From the NCBI GenBank assembly GCA_965261975.1, contig CBDHEC010000020.1, positions 1 to 17,382 of the forward strand: a stretch of DNA of 17,382 nucleotides, written 5' to 3'. Of this stretch, positions 1-8,548 are shown piece by piece. The position numbers and the translations under genes are program-made. Positions within the stretch are counted from its first letter, which is position 1; the number at the start of each line of letters is the position of its first letter. The notes below the pieces were generated by a model. The model did no database searches. It was not told where the DNA came from and saw only the letters and a program-made list of their open reading frames with translations. Source of the stretch: Alphaproteobacteria bacterium (lineage in GTDB: Bacteria > Pseudomonadota > Alphaproteobacteria > UBA6615).

Positions 1-103
1 GCGGATCGGGGAACGGTTCGGCAATTCGAAATACTCGTTAAAATAGAATCATATATAGTAACAATCGCTGTGAGATTGCTGACTTAATGTCGTGAGCCCT
101 CGA

Positions 104-526
104 ATGTCAGATGAAAGATTCGGGCGATCTGGTGCACGCCTGCTCTACTTTGACGTGGAGCCCGTCTCGTGCATGCGTGCGATCGATGCGGCCGAGGATT
201 TGCGTCTTCATATCGAGACGGCATCCCACCCCAAGGCGCTGCATGACGCCTGCCGGACGTTCAGACCATCGGCTGTCCTGGCGGTATTGCACCCGGGCGA
301 CTTGCAGGCCCTTCGGGTCATCGCTGTCATATCTGTCGCTGGGCCCCGGATTCCCGTCCTGGTTGCCGGCGATATGGACATTGGCCTGGACCGGGTGCTT
401 CGGGGGAAGGTGAAGTCGCTCGGCCTCGACGTGCGCGGCAGCGTGCAACTGGGCGGAAGCCAGCGCGATCTTCAACTTGCGCTGTTGTGCGCCGTTACCG
501 GTCTGGATAGGGAACCGGTTGTCTAG
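104..526 (+). CDS. Degenerate CheY-like receiver-domain protein (probable pseudo-receiver)
   Basis: The ORF is open from GTG 92 or ATG 104. The segments RLLYFDVEP, FRPSAVLAVLHPGD, IPVLVAG and LGLDVRGSVQL follow the beta1/beta3/beta4/beta5 pattern of single-domain response regulators, but the phospho-Asp, Thr/Ser and Lys are missing. Confidence 0.5.
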   Translation: MSDERFGRSGARLLYFDVEPVSCMRAIDAAEDLRLHIETASHPKALHDACRTFRPSAVLAVLHPGDLQALRVIAVISVAGPRIPVLVAGDMDIGLDRVLRGKVKSLGLDVRGSVQLGGSQRDLQLALLCAVTGLDREPVV

Positions 527-634
527 CCGGCTGGTCGCATCGCTTTACAGCGAATTGCCAAAGTCCCTAAGCTTCTCGCCGAAGTCACGATGAAACAATG
601 ACAACGCCGAAACAGGCGTGGCGAGGGGGGCAGG

Positions 635-1864
635 ATGAATTTTCCACCAGGCGAGACATACACATCGAATATCGATGTTATCGGGTATGACGACGTCGAC
701 GGGCGCCCGGCCTTCAAACTAGCCCTGCACAAGTCCGGCGATCGCTGGTACCTGTACACCGGCCAGTTCTGGTGCTCCGGCTTCTCGATCGTCGAGGTCA
801 CCGACCCCGCCAATCCACGCTTCGTGCGCTATATCGAAGGGCCGCCGAACACCTGGACGCTGCAGGTGCAGGTTGCCGACAACATGCTCGTCACGTCCCA
901 GGAAAAGATCATGGACGGCTGGGGCCATATCGACGGACAGCCCTGGGGCGAGGGGTTTCTGCTCTGGGATCTGACCGATCCGGAAAACCCCGAACAGCTG
1001 AGCCACTGGAAGACCGGCGGGTATGGCACCCATCGCAATTACTATGACGGCGGTCGCTATGTTTATGCGACAGGCCTGCCCGAAGGTTATGAAGGCAATA
1101 TCCTCCAGATCGTCGATATCGACGACCCCCGGAATCCGGTCGAGGTCGGACGCTGGTGGATGGAAGGCCAGCACGTCGGCGGCGGTGAAGCGGGGGCTGC
1201 CCCGGGAACGATGCTCCATGGCGGCGCCTATGTGAAAGGCGATCTGGCCTATCTGCCCTACAGCGCCGGTGGGTTCGTCGTTCTCGACATTTCCGACAAG
1301 ACCAATCCCACCCTGGTCGGAGATTTGCCGTTCTCGCCGCCCTTCCAGACCTTCATCGCGGTGCATACGGCCGTTCCCTTGCAGGGGCGCGACGTGGTGA
1401 TCGTCAATTCGGAAGCGATCAAGGAAAACTGCGAGGAGCCGCTGGGCTACGCGGGGATCGTCGATGTCAGCGACAACGCGAACCCGCGCCTGATGTCGCT
1501 CTTCCCGTTGCCTGTGCCGCCCGAGGAGGCGCCGTATCCGACCTTCTGTGCCCGTGGTGGGCGCTTCGGGCCGCACAATCAGCATCAGCCCCAGTATCAG
1601 GATATCCTCTACCAGGGCGAAGACCTGTGCTTTCTGACCTACTTCAATGCCGGATTGCGGGTCTACGATATCTCGAATGCGGAGCAACCCCGTGAAGTGG
1701 GTTACTTCCTGCCGCCCGATCCGCTGGAACGCAGGGGCTTGCTGCCAGCCTCAAAGCTCGTGGCCCAAAGCGAGGACGTGATTGTCGACGCGCGCGGCAA
1801 TATCTTCGTGTCGGACAAGAACCACGGGATTTATGTGCTGCGATATGACGGCCTGAACCCCTGA
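635..1864 (+). CDS. LVIVD-repeat beta-propeller protein of unknown function
   Basis: Repeated units GFSIVEVTDPANP, GFLLWDLTDPENP, LQIVDIDDPRNP, GFVVLDISDKTNP, AGIVDVSDNANP and GLRVYDISNAEQP. A G-rich RBS (gaggggggcagg) precedes ATG 635. No signal peptide. Confidence 0.85.
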   Translation: MNFPPGETYTSNIDVIGYDDVDGRPAFKLALHKSGDRWYLYTGQFWCSGFSIVEVTDPANPRFVRYIEGPPNTWTLQVQVADNMLVTSQEKIMDGWGHIDGQPWGEGFLLWDLTDPENPEQLSHWKTGGYGTHRNYYDGGRYVYATGLPEGYEGNILQIVDIDDPRNPVEVGRWWMEGQHVGGGEAGAAPGTMLHGGAYVKGDLAYLPYSAGGFVVLDISDKTNPTLVGDLPFSPPFQTFIAVHTAVPLQGRDVVIVNSEAIKENCEEPLGYAGIVDVSDNANPRLMSLFPLPVPPEEAPYPTFCARGGRFGPHNQHQPQYQDILYQGEDLCFLTYFNAGLRVYDISNAEQPREVGYFLPPDPLERRGLLPASKLVAQSEDVIVDARGNIFVSDKNHGIYVLRYDGLNP

Positions 1865-1909
1865 TTCAGCCGGGCCTTGCGGACCATCAAGCAACGAGGG
1901 CGACGCGGG

Positions 1910-2761
1910 ATGCATCCTGCGCTGCGCCATGGCCTGTTGCTCGCGTGGCTGGTCATCGTCGTGTTTCCGCTGTTCTGGATCGTCGCAACATCATTCAAAC
2001 CACCACAGGATTGGAATGCGCGCCCCGCTGTCTGGTGGCCGTCTGAACCCACCCTGTTCAACTATGTCCAGGTCTGGGTGAATGATTTTGCGACGGGTAT
2101 TGGCGTTCCCGGCGGCGGGACCGAGGTCATCGGGCCTTGGGGGGCTTTGATCAACACCTTCACCATCGCGCTGATATCGTCCAGCATCGCGACCGTGTTC
2201 GGCGCCGTGGTCGCCTACGGTGCGTCCCGGTACAGAATTCTCAGCGATTCCCAGCTGTTGTACTTCCTGATGCTGCGCATGATCCCGCCATTCGTGGTCG
2301 CAGCGCCCGTGTTTCTGTGGTTCTCGGCCTTGGGGATCGAGGACACGCTCATCGGCCTGATCATGCTCTACACGTTGATCACCGTGCCGTACGCCATGCT
2401 GGTCATGAAGAGCTTTATCGACGATGTGCCGCGTGAATTCGAACAGGCCGCGGAGATTCTCGGCGCCGGGCGCTGGCGAATAATCTGGGAGATCGTTTTT
2501 CCATTGTTGCGCCCGGGTCTGGCAGCGACGTTCCTGTTTCTCTTTATCCTGAACTGGAGCGAATATTATTTCGCCCTGATCCTTTCCAAGACCGATGTCT
2601 CGACCCTGCCGGTGCATCTCAACCGTTGGGTGGGAAATAGTGGCGCGAACGGGTTTCAGGCTGCGCTGTCCGTGGGGGCAACGCTGCCGCTCCTGGTGAT
2701 CGGTCTGCTGATCCGCAAGCATCTTGTCCGCGGCTTGAGCTTCGGTTTCGTGCGGCGGTGA
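1910..2761 (+). CDS. Carbohydrate ABC transporter permease (MalG/UgpE type)
   Basis: Hydrophobic helices, N-terminal FPLFWIVATSFKP, EAA loop DVPREFEQAAEILGA...IVFPLLRPG and C-terminal KHLVRGLSFG. ATG 1910 is preferred over TTG 1877. Confidence 0.9.
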   Translation: MHPALRHGLLLAWLVIVVFPLFWIVATSFKPPQDWNARPAVWWPSEPTLFNYVQVWVNDFATGIGVPGGGTEVIGPWGALINTFTIALISSSIATVFGAVVAYGASRYRILSDSQLLYFLMLRMIPPFVVAAPVFLWFSALGIEDTLIGLIMLYTLITVPYAMLVMKSFIDDVPREFEQAAEILGAGRWRIIWEIVFPLLRPGLAATFLFLFILNWSEYYFALILSKTDVSTLPVHLNRWVGNSGANGFQAALSVGATLPLLVIGLLIRKHLVRGLSFGFVRR

Positions 2762-2880
2762 AGATGACGACGTTTCACGTCTCATTCAGTGATCACCATG
2801 TTCGATGATAGTCCCAAAGGGTTCTGATAGACGCTCTATTGCGGTAGGTTTCGGTCGTAGGACAACCCAGAGAGAGTGCA

Positions 2881-3933
2881 ATGAAGTTTGGATTGTTTGG
2901 CGGTGCGCAGGCCGTCCCCGGAGAGGTCGTGACGGAAGCCGCGCTCGGCTATCACGAGTATGGCGAATATATCCAGACTGCCGAGAAGCTCGGATATGAG
3001 AGCGCCTGGATGGTGGAGCACCATTTCACCGGATTTTCCCAGCTCTCAGCAACTCTTAACTACATCTCTTATCTATCTGGAATTACATCTAAAATAAGAC
3101 TTGGAAGCGCCGTGGTTGTGGTGCCTTGGCACAACCCGGTACTCCTCGCCGAACAGGTCGCGACCATCGATCAGCTGTCCAAGGGACGCTATGATTTCGG
3201 CATTGGCCGCGGCTACCGTGCGAACGAGTTCAATGGCTTCGGAATCGACATGTCCGAGGCCGAGGATATCTTCCAGGAATCGATTGCGTTCATGCGGCGC
3301 GCATTCACCGAAACCGAGCGCTGGACCTACAAGTCCGACCGGTACAGCTTCAATGACATCATCGTTGAACCGCCGGTGGTGCAACAGCCGCATCCGCCCA
3401 TGTGGGTCGGGGCAGGCAGCGAGAAATCCATTCGTGCCGCAGCGCGCAACGGATTCAACCTTCTGCTCGACCAGATGACACCCTTCGGGGGTATTGGCGA
3501 ACGGGTTCAGCAGTATCGCGATGAGCTCGAGAAGATGGGTAAGGATTTCGATCCCTACAGCATCGGTGTCACGCGTGGGCTGATGGTGGCCAATAACGAT
3601 AATGAGCGCAAAGACGCGCACATCCTGCGTGGCAAGTTCATTACAGAGGTGCAGGTCCTGTCCACGGACAAGCGGTACCAGGCCAAGGCGTTCAATCCGG
3701 TCGACGATAACGACGCCGAGGCCAGCGGAACGGACACGGTTTCGGAGAATGGCGCCGTGCTTGGAAATTCGGATGAAATGATCGAGCGTGTTCAGAAGCT
3801 CTACGACCTGGGTGTGCGGAATATCCTGCTGCACGATCTCAGCGGAAATTTCGAGGCGTTGCATCAGTTCGCCGAAGAGGTGATGCCGCACTTCGTCGAA
3901 AAGAATGACCCGGTGATCGCGGCAGCGGAATAG
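2881..3933 (+). CDS. LLM-class (luciferase-like) flavin-dependent oxidoreductase, copy 1
   Basis: Motifs MKFGLF, W-x-x-EHHF, RLGSAVVVVPWHNPVLLAEQVATIDQLSKGR, GRGY, PVVQQPHPPMWVG and FAEEVMPHF. Confidence 0.93.
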   Translation: MKFGLFGGAQAVPGEVVTEAALGYHEYGEYIQTAEKLGYESAWMVEHHFTGFSQLSATLNYISYLSGITSKIRLGSAVVVVPWHNPVLLAEQVATIDQLSKGRYDFGIGRGYRANEFNGFGIDMSEAEDIFQESIAFMRRAFTETERWTYKSDRYSFNDIIVEPPVVQQPHPPMWVGAGSEKSIRAAARNGFNLLLDQMTPFGGIGERVQQYRDELEKMGKDFDPYSIGVTRGLMVANNDNERKDAHILRGKFITEVQVLSTDKRYQAKAFNPVDDNDAEASGTDTVSENGAVLGNSDEMIERVQKLYDLGVRNILLHDLSGNFEALHQFAEEVMPHFVEKNDPVIAAAE

Positions 3934-3969
3934 TCGCCTGCTGAATCTGGCTGGCAGCGGAGGTGAATA

Positions 3970-5019
3970 ATGAAGTTTGGCTTGTTTGGCGGAGCACAGG
4001 CGGTCCCGGGTGAAGTCATCACCGAGGCGGCGCTCGGCTATCATGAATATGGCGAATATATTCAGGCAGCCGAGCGGCTGGGATACAGCAGCGCCTGGCT
4101 GGTCGAGCATCATTTCACCGGCTTTTCCCAGCTTTCCGCGACGCTTAATTACATTTCATATCTGGCCGGCATCACATCGAAAATCCGGCTTGGCAGCGCG
4201 GTCGTTGTGGTGCCCTGGCACAATCCGGTTCTGCTCGCCGAACAGGTTGCGACGATCGATCAGTTGTCCAAAGGACGCTACGACTTCGGTGTGGGTCGCG
4301 GATACCGGGCGAACGAGTATCACGGGTTCGGGCTCGAGATGGCCGATGGCCAGGATATCTTCGAGGAATCGATCAATTTCATGCGGCGTGCGTTCACCGA
4401 AACCGGGCGCTGGACCTACAAGTCGGACCGCTACACCTTCAACGACATCATTGTCGAGCCGCCTGTCGTCCAGAAACCCCATCCGCCCATGTGGGTCGGG
4501 GCGGCCAGCGAAGGCTCTATCCGCGGCGCGGCGCGCAACGGATATAATCTCCTGCTCGCGCAGGTGCCTTCGTTCGAGGCGATTGCGGAGAGCGTCAACT
4601 ACTATCGCGATGAACTCGACAAGATGGGCGAACCGTTTGATGCCAATCGGATCGCCGTCACCCGCGGTCTCATGGTCGCCAACAACGATGCCGAGCGCGC
4701 CGAGGCGCATGTGCTGCGCGGCAAGTTTCTGACCGAGGTGCAGGTGCTGGCCACCGATCCGCGTTTCCAGTCGAAGACCTTCGTGCCCGCAGCGCGCCAC
4801 AAGAACCGTGGAGATCCGACCGAGACATCCGAGGCCGGCGCGATCATCGGCAATTCCGAGGAAATGATCGAGCGGATCGAGCGGCTCTACGAGATCGGCG
4901 TGCGCGACGTGGCACTGCACGATCTGAGTGGCAACTTCGATGCGCTTCAGCAGTTTGCGGAAGAGGTCATGCCGCATTTCGCCGGTCGCGACGACGACAG
5001 TGTCGAGGCCGCGCAGTAG
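3970..5019 (+). CDS. LLM-class (luciferase-like) flavin-dependent oxidoreductase, copy 2
   Basis: Same motifs as copy 1 and roughly three-quarters identical to it by manual alignment. Strong RBS ggaggt upstream of ATG 3970. Confidence 0.93.
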   Translation: MKFGLFGGAQAVPGEVITEAALGYHEYGEYIQAAERLGYSSAWLVEHHFTGFSQLSATLNYISYLAGITSKIRLGSAVVVVPWHNPVLLAEQVATIDQLSKGRYDFGVGRGYRANEYHGFGLEMADGQDIFEESINFMRRAFTETGRWTYKSDRYTFNDIIVEPPVVQKPHPPMWVGAASEGSIRGAARNGYNLLLAQVPSFEAIAESVNYYRDELDKMGEPFDANRIAVTRGLMVANNDAERAEAHVLRGKFLTEVQVLATDPRFQSKTFVPAARHKNRGDPTETSEAGAIIGNSEEMIERIERLYEIGVRDVALHDLSGNFDALQQFAEEVMPHFAGRDDDSVEAAQ

Positions 5020-5154
5020 GCAGTTGCGTTCGAAACACGCCGTTCAAGCGGGCAAGCCAGAGTTTGCGCGGGACGCTCGCATTCCGGATGCGTTATCATC
5101 GGCACACAGTCGCTCGCGGCTACAGGGATTTTTTTATTGGGGGGAGTACGTCCC

Positions 5155-7488
5155 GTGGAAGATAGGATCTTTGGTACCGGCCCCTACGCCGTCAGCCAGC
5201 CGGTATCCCGAACCGAGGACCCGCGATTGCTGCGCGGCGACGGTGTCTATACCGACGACCGGAACCTCGATGGGCAGGCCTATGCGGTGTTCGTCCGTTC
5301 TTCTGTCGCCCACGGGGAGATCGCCAGCCTGGATGTCACGGCGGCGAAATCTGCACCGGGCGTCCTTTCTGTTCTTTCCCATGAGGACATCTCGGCGGCG
5401 GGGCTCGGCACGCTGCCGAATAATCTTCCGGTCAAGAGCCGTGACGGCAGCGCGCTGATCAAGCCCGCCCGCCCGATCCTCGCGACGGACCGCGTACGCC
5501 ATTTGGGCCAGCCGATCGTCGCGGTAATCGCGGAAACCGTTGCCCAGGCGCGCGATGCGGCGGAGCTTGTGGAGGTCGACATCAAGGCCCTGCCGGTGGT
5601 GAAGGGCCTCGACGCGGCCGTATCCGGCGGGGCGCCACAAATTCATGACGAGGCGGCCGGCAATGTGTGTCTGGACTTCCAGATGGGCGATGCCGATGCG
5701 ACGGCGGCGGCGTTTGATAAGGCGGCCCACGTCACGCGAATGCATCTGGTAAACAATCGCTGTTTCGTCTCCGCGATGGAGCCCCGTGCGGCGGTTGCTG
5801 ACTATGACGGTGATGCGGACCGGCACCTGCTTTATGTCTGCTGCCAGGGCGTGATGGGAATGCGCAACATCCTGGCGAACGCCATTTTCAACTGCGAGCC
5901 CGAGAAGATCCGCGTGATCACCGGCGACGTCGGCGGTTCCTTCGGCATGAAGGCGATGCCGTATCACGAATACCCGGTGATCATGCTCGCCGCCCAGCAA
6001 CTCGGTCGCCCGGTGAAGTGGACGGCAGACCGGAGTGAGAGTTGCATCTCCGACCATCAGGGGCGTGCCAGCCAGTTCGATGCCGAACTCGCCCTGGATG
6101 CCGACGGCAAGTTTCTCGCCGCCCGCGTCCACGGCCTCGCCGACATGGGCGGCTATCTGACCGGCACCGGTCCGCTCGCCCAGTCGGTCAACATCGGCAA
6201 GAACCTGCCCTGCATGTATGGCACCGCGGCCATCGACGTGAACATGAAATGCGTGTTCACGAACACGGTCTATGTCGGCGCCTATCGCGGCGCGGGGCGC
6301 CCCGAGGGCAATTTCATCATGGAGCGCCTGGTCGATACGGCCGCGCGCGAGATGGGGATCGACCGGATAGAACTGCGGCGCCGGAACCTGGTGCCGCCGT
6401 CGGCCATGCCGTTCACGGCCGCGAGCGGCCAGGTCTATGACAGCGGCGATTTCGAGCCGATGCTCGACAAGGCGGTTGCGGCATCCGACTGGTCCGGTTT
6501 CGCCGCCCGCAAGGCGGAATCCGAATCTCGCGGCATGAAGCGCGGCCTCGGTGTCTGTTCCTATCTCGAGGTGACTGCACCCCCCGGCAAGGAAAATGGC
6601 GGCCTGCGCTTCGGCGATGATGGCCGGGTGACGATGGTGTCCGGCACGCTGGATTATGGCCAGGGTCATCGCGCCACCTACGCGCAGATTGTCAGCGCGC
6701 GGCTCGGCATACCGTTCGACAAGTTGGACCTGTTGCAGGGCGATTCAGATGAGTTGCTGGTTGGCGGCGGGACCGGCGGGTCGCGTTCGGTCATCGCGGC
6801 CGGTGGCGCCTTCTACGAGGCCGCGGCGGCGGTCATCGAGAAGGGCAAGGCCGTCGCCAGCCATGTACTCGAGGCGGCGATCCAGGATATCGAATTTGCC
6901 GATGGCGAGTTTCGCATCTCCGGCACCGACCGCTCGATCGGTCTGCTGGAGCTGGGCGGCAAAACCCGCGAGCTGGGCGGCGCCGACGGCCTGCCGGATA
7001 GCCTCGACGTCGACCTGATCCATGACACCGCACCGTCATCCTTCCCGAACGGCGTTCATGTCGCAGAGGTCGAGATCGATCCGCAAACCGGCGAGACCGA
7101 GGTCGTGAAGTATACGGTTGTCGATGATTTCGGGAACGTCATCAATCCGTTGTTGGCCGCCGGGCAGGTGCATGGCGGGGTGGTACAGGGGATCGGCCAG
7201 GCCTTGATGGAAGATGTTGTCTATGACGATGACGGCCAGCTCATCACGGGCTCCTACATGGATTATGCCCTGCCACGTGCCGATCAGGTGCCGGACATCG
7301 TCTTCGACGAGCATCCCGTGCCGGCGAAAACCAACGTGCTGGGCGCCAAGGGCGCGGGAGAGGCCGGCGTGAGCGGAGCGTTGCCGGCGATCATGAATGC
7401 GATGGCGGATGCACTTGCCGAATATGGTGTCGACAACATCGACATGCCTGCGACACCCGAGAAGGTCTGGCGCGCCATTCATGGCTAG
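5155..7488 (+). CDS. Xanthine dehydrogenase family molybdopterin-binding (large) subunit, CoxL form II-like
   Basis: Motifs R-x-EDPRLLRG, AMEPR, DVGGSFGMK, AYRGAGRPE, GQGH, GTGGSRS, GQVHGGVVQGIGQAL and KGAGEAG. GTG 5155 follows a ggggag RBS and is preferred over TTG 5137. Confidence 0.93.
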   Translation: MEDRIFGTGPYAVSQPVSRTEDPRLLRGDGVYTDDRNLDGQAYAVFVRSSVAHGEIASLDVTAAKSAPGVLSVLSHEDISAAGLGTLPNNLPVKSRDGSALIKPARPILATDRVRHLGQPIVAVIAETVAQARDAAELVEVDIKALPVVKGLDAAVSGGAPQIHDEAAGNVCLDFQMGDADATAAAFDKAAHVTRMHLVNNRCFVSAMEPRAAVADYDGDADRHLLYVCCQGVMGMRNILANAIFNCEPEKIRVITGDVGGSFGMKAMPYHEYPVIMLAAQQLGRPVKWTADRSESCISDHQGRASQFDAELALDADGKFLAARVHGLADMGGYLTGTGPLAQSVNIGKNLPCMYGTAAIDVNMKCVFTNTVYVGAYRGAGRPEGNFIMERLVDTAAREMGIDRIELRRRNLVPPSAMPFTAASGQVYDSGDFEPMLDKAVAASDWSGFAARKAESESRGMKRGLGVCSYLEVTAPPGKENGGLRFGDDGRVTMVSGTLDYGQGHRATYAQIVSARLGIPFDKLDLLQGDSDELLVGGGTGGSRSVIAAGGAFYEAAAAVIEKGKAVASHVLEAAIQDIEFADGEFRISGTDRSIGLLELGGKTRELGGADGLPDSLDVDLIHDTAPSSFPNGVHVAEVEIDPQTGETEVVKYTVVDDFGNVINPLLAAGQVHGGVVQGIGQALMEDVVYDDDGQLITGSYMDYALPRADQVPDIVFDEHPVPAKTNVLGAKGAGEAGVSGALPAIMNAMADALAEYGVDNIDMPATPEKVWRAIHG

Positions 7489-7503
7489 ATTCGGTCCGGC
7501 GCG

Positions 7504-8448
7504 ATGACGCTGGCAGCCCTGAACGACAGGATCGCGGCCATACCGGCCCCGGTTCGCGGTCTCTTGTTGATCGTGTTGGCGAGCGCATTTTTCGCCAGCA
7601 TGCACAACACGATCCGTTTCCTGACCCAGACGTCGGATATTCACCCCTTTGAGATGGCCTTCTTTCGGGTCGTCTTCGGGCTGATCGTGTTCATTCCGTT
7701 TTTCATTCGGTCGGGGGTCGGCATCCTGCGCACCGAGAAGCTGACATGGCATGTCGGGCGCGCCTTCATCAACGCAACATCCATGTTGTCCTGGTTCATG
7801 GCGCTCAAGCTGATGCCGGTTGCCGATGCGACGGCCGTCAGCCTGATCGGCCCGGTCTTCGTTGCGATCCTTGCCATGGTTTTCCTCGGCGAACATGTCG
7901 GCCGTATGCGGTGGCTGGGGATTTTCCTGGCGATTGCCGGCGGATTGATTGTCGTCCGGCCGGGATTCACGGAGATCAGTTCGGGAGTCTGGCTGGTCCT
8001 GTTCTCGGCCGTTGCCGTCTCAAATTCCAAGCTGATCGCCAAGATTCTTACCCGCCACGATGGCCCGACCACGATCGTCGCCTACATGACGATCCTGATG
8101 ATCCCGATCACCTTTGTTCCTGCCTTCTTTGTCTGGCAGACGCCAACGCTGGAACAGCTCGGATTCATGGCCTTGATCGGGGTTTTCGGGACCCTCGGTC
8201 ATCTCCTGTTCGTCCAGGCTTACAAGCTGGCTGATATGAGCCTCGTCGAGCCGGCGATGTTCACCCGCATGATCTGGGCGGCGTTGATCAGCCTGATCCT
8301 GTTTTCCGAGTTTCCCACCCCCTGGACGTGGGCCGGCGCGGGCGTAATTGTCATCGGCACGACGTTGCTGGCACGCAACGAGGCCCGGCGCGAACCGCGG
8401 CGGGCCGACCCCAATGCCTCGACAGTCGATCCAAGTCCGAGTGATTGA
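7504..8448 (+). CDS. DMT/EamA family transporter
   Basis: About 10 hydrophobic helices in two EamA repeats, with motifs HPFEMAFFR, MPVADATA, FLGEHVG and LFSEFP. Confidence 0.9.
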   Translation: MTLAALNDRIAAIPAPVRGLLLIVLASAFFASMHNTIRFLTQTSDIHPFEMAFFRVVFGLIVFIPFFIRSGVGILRTEKLTWHVGRAFINATSMLSWFMALKLMPVADATAVSLIGPVFVAILAMVFLGEHVGRMRWLGIFLAIAGGLIVVRPGFTEISSGVWLVLFSAVAVSNSKLIAKILTRHDGPTTIVAYMTILMIPITFVPAFFVWQTPTLEQLGFMALIGVFGTLGHLLFVQAYKLADMSLVEPAMFTRMIWAALISLILFSEFPTPWTWAGAGVIVIGTTLLARNEARREPRRADPNASTVDPSPSD

Positions 8449-8477
8449 TTGGGCGCGCGGAAAAATCCCTGTAAAGT
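8449..8477 (+). promoter_or_regulatory. Possible sigma70 promoter for the Gfo-hydratase pair
   Basis: TTGGGC (8449-8454), 17-nt spacer, TAAAGT (8472-8477) in a 100-bp intergenic gap. The -35 match is weak. Confidence 0.25.
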
Positions 8478-8548
8478 GCGCGCGAAGGCGGTCAATCGAC
8501 CTTCTGAATACTCACTAGATAAAAATCCAGTTTTTGGGAGAGTTTTGA

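Noticed and set aside
1862-1912. The LVIVD gene and the permease are in the same frame, separated only by the TGA at 1862-1864, so a Sec or readthrough fusion is possible
   Set aside because: The TGA follows a natural-looking last propeller strand (GIYVLRYDG), is not in a redox motif, and the permease has its own plausible ATG.
2827-2839. ATAGA-CGC-TCTAT inverted repeat upstream of the LLM pair
   Set aside because: The 5-bp arms are expected by chance and no second copy was found.
2881-5019. Bioluminescence luxAB genes
   Set aside because: There is no luxCDE or luxG, the copies are far more alike than LuxA and LuxB, and they read G[IV]GRG and GSAV rather than LuxA GICRG and GTAA.
5155-7488. 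Aerobic CO dehydrogenase coxL
   Set aside because: It lacks the form I AYxCSFR Cu-binding loop and there are no adjacent coxM/coxS or accessory genes.
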